A DNA stretch of 7,095 nt. Source: Selaginella moellendorffii (Eukaryota; Plantae; Lycopodiophyta). Within the stretch, counting starts at the first letter, position 1. Every line of letters starts with the position of its first letter. The notes below the pieces were generated by a model that did not search any database, was not told the DNA's origin, and worked only from the letters and a program-made list of their open reading frames with translations. The stretch is from assembly GCF_000143415.4 (NCBI RefSeq), contig NW_003314710.1:1-7095 (forward strand), given 5' to 3'. Shown in pieces: positions 5,790 through 7,095 of this stretch. The position numbers and the translations under genes were made by a program.

Positions 5790-7095
5790 ATGGTAAGTCT
5801 TTTAGACGAAGTAGAAAATGGCATGAGGCCACATGCCATTCAGTAGCAACATTGGCATGCACCGATTGGGCTCTCGAGTGCAGTCCGGTTACAGATGGCG
5901 TGTAGCCTCACGCCATCTTAGGATGCAGCCTCAAGACATCTGATGCAGTGGTGAATGGCGTGTGGCCTCACGTTATTTCCAGCTGCTAGCTTTTCATCTG
6001 TCAGCTCTAATTGTTGTGCATTTTTGAACAGGCGAGGAATTGCGTTCTTCTTCCAGCCACTGTCAATGTGGATGCAGAGAAGGGGGAGGAGCTCACCAGT
6101 TGGACTTNNNNNNNNNNNNNNNNNNNNNNNNNNNNNNNNNNNNNNNNNNNNNNNNNNNNNNNNNNNNNNNNNNNNNNNNNNNNNNNNNNNNNNNNNNNNN
6201 NNNNNNNNNNNNNNNNNNNNNNNNNNNNNNNTGTGGTAGAGACAGCGTCCACCTTCAAGATCCACCTTGCACATCCTAGTGGCTTCCCGGAGGGGGGCAG
6301 CGGCTATGAGGAATTCCTAGAGGGAGCTAGGGAGAGGTTGTCCAGGAGGCCCACAATTTCAAAGACGCTGCGGGTCTATGAAGATCACATGGAATCCACG
6401 GACCTCACCTACGGCGATGTTCAAAAACTATATTCCAACATTGAGCCGTTGAGAGTGACTCCAGTTCGCGAAGCAAAGGGGAAGGGGGTCGATCTGGAAA
6501 CTACCTCAAAGCAGAAAAGGGTGGTCAAGCTCAAGCCGACGTCCGACTCTCCTGCTCCAAAAAAGAAGCTACTCAGTGATGCCATTGCCTCGGGTTCGAA
6601 CACTACACCCACCAAAAAGAAGAGCCGCAAAGAGCAGAAAGAGCAAGAAGAGGCAGCAAAAATCGTCGCAGATAATAGTACTTGTTACTATTCCAACAAT
6701 GTATATACAATCGACGTGAGCCGTATCGACATCCAAAGCAAATACAACCACAGGCTAGTATCTGATGAGTGGGTGGAGAAACTGAAGCAGAAGATGCTGG
6801 CAAGTCCAGTAACACCCGACATCGCAGACGTGATCCCCTACTACCGAACAATGAAGGGCGAGACGAGGTTTCCAGACTTGATCAATAGGAAGGTGTTGGA
6901 CGATCAGAACATCCGGTTCTATGCCGTCTCCGGGCAGCATTCTAGCTTGGCGATGCAAGAGATAGTTGTGGATATTATGGTGGGCGAGGAGGTGAAGAAA
7001 GTCTTCAAGACAAGAGTTGTCCGCCTGATAAAAGGCAACTCGCCCCTCCGATCTATCATATACATCTCCCACGCGCAGAATGTCAAGCAAGAAAC
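5790..7095 (+). CDS. Spliced gene for a predicted nuclear protein with a ParB/Srx/DndB-like domain; join(5790..5792,6032..>7095), 3' end outside the window
   Basis: ATG|GTAAGT at 5790-5798, CTAAT branch-like site at 6007-6011, and TTTTTGAACAG acceptor ending at 6031. Exon 2 reads ARNCVLLPATVNVDAEKGEELTSWT. After the 124-N gap the same frame resumes at 6233 (VVETASTFKIH...) and stays open to the edge. It contains PAPKKKLL and PTKKKSRKE, then VYTIDVSRIDIQSKYNHRLVSDEWVEKLKQKMLASP...RFYAVSGQHSSLAMQEI...IIYISHAQNVKQE. The coding status of 6233-7095 is strong; the 5' exon model is moderate. Confidence 0.8.
5793..6031 (+). other. Predicted GT-AG intron (239 bp) directly after the start codon
   Basis: Consensus donor GTAAGT, CTAAT about 20 nt before a U-rich CAG acceptor, and splicing puts the ATG in frame with the long ORF. 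It contains three palindrome copies. Confidence 0.65.
5818..5976. repeat. 22-bp palindrome cluster D (3 copies)
   Basis: ATGGCATGAGGCCACATGCCAT at 5818-5839, ATGGCGTGTAGCCTCACGCCAT at 5895-5916 and ATGGCGTGTGGCCTCACGTTAT at 5955-5976. Confidence 0.92.
6108..6231. other. Assembly gap or masked region (124 N) inside the plus-strand CDS
   Basis: Run of N; the reading frame is the same on both sides. Confidence 0.99.

Larger units (their letters stand above)
1..7095. mobile_element. Probable internal part of a large multi-gene DNA transposon (Sola/DUF7869-like)
   Basis: An intact transposase and a divergent accessory gene share one palindromic repeat family. No TIR or TSD is visible, and both genes run off the window. 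Confidence 0.55.

Noticed and set aside
5365-5846. Several Arg/Ser/Ala-rich ORFs on both strands
   Set aside because: Low-complexity GC-rich leader with no protein-like signal. A longer first coding exon cannot be fully excluded.
6421-7090. Minus-strand ORFs of 60-111 aa
   Set aside because: Antisense to the open plus-strand ParB-like frame.
6701-7095. Bacterial parAB or dnd operon, or bacterial contamination
   Set aside because: Splice signals, NLS-like segments and a plant telomere motif are present, and no parA or dnd neighbours or operon layout appear in the window.

Overview
Eukaryotic, almost certainly plant DNA: it has GT-AG intron signals and a short TTTAGGG tract. Two N gaps interrupt it (4329-5309 and 6108-6231). 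The supplied ORF track misses both real genes because neither has a stop codon inside the window. (1) Minus strand, ATG at 2888, open for 962 codons to the left edge: a DDE-type transposase with IHDKMDQ, LQTDNAGSENKN and FLMVGHTHEDVD motifs plus Cys/His motifs. I recognise this from memory as DUF7869/Sola-like. It has two tandem Tnp1/En/Spm-like modules at the N-terminus. (2) Plus strand, divergent, ATG at 5790 followed directly by an intron, coding from 6032 to beyond 7095: a protein with basic NLS-like segments and a ParB/Srx/DndB-like domain (YNHR...VSGQHS...AQN). Ten copies of a 22-bp palindrome (consensus ATGGCRTGWGGCCWCAYGCCAT) lie in four clusters, including a triplet beside each start codon and a pair inside the transposase CDS. 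The working hypothesis (inference) is a large plant DNA transposon carrying a ParB-like protein and parS/operator-like palindromes, with S-phase-type motifs in both promoters. No element termini are visible, and family assignments come from motif recognition, not database searches.
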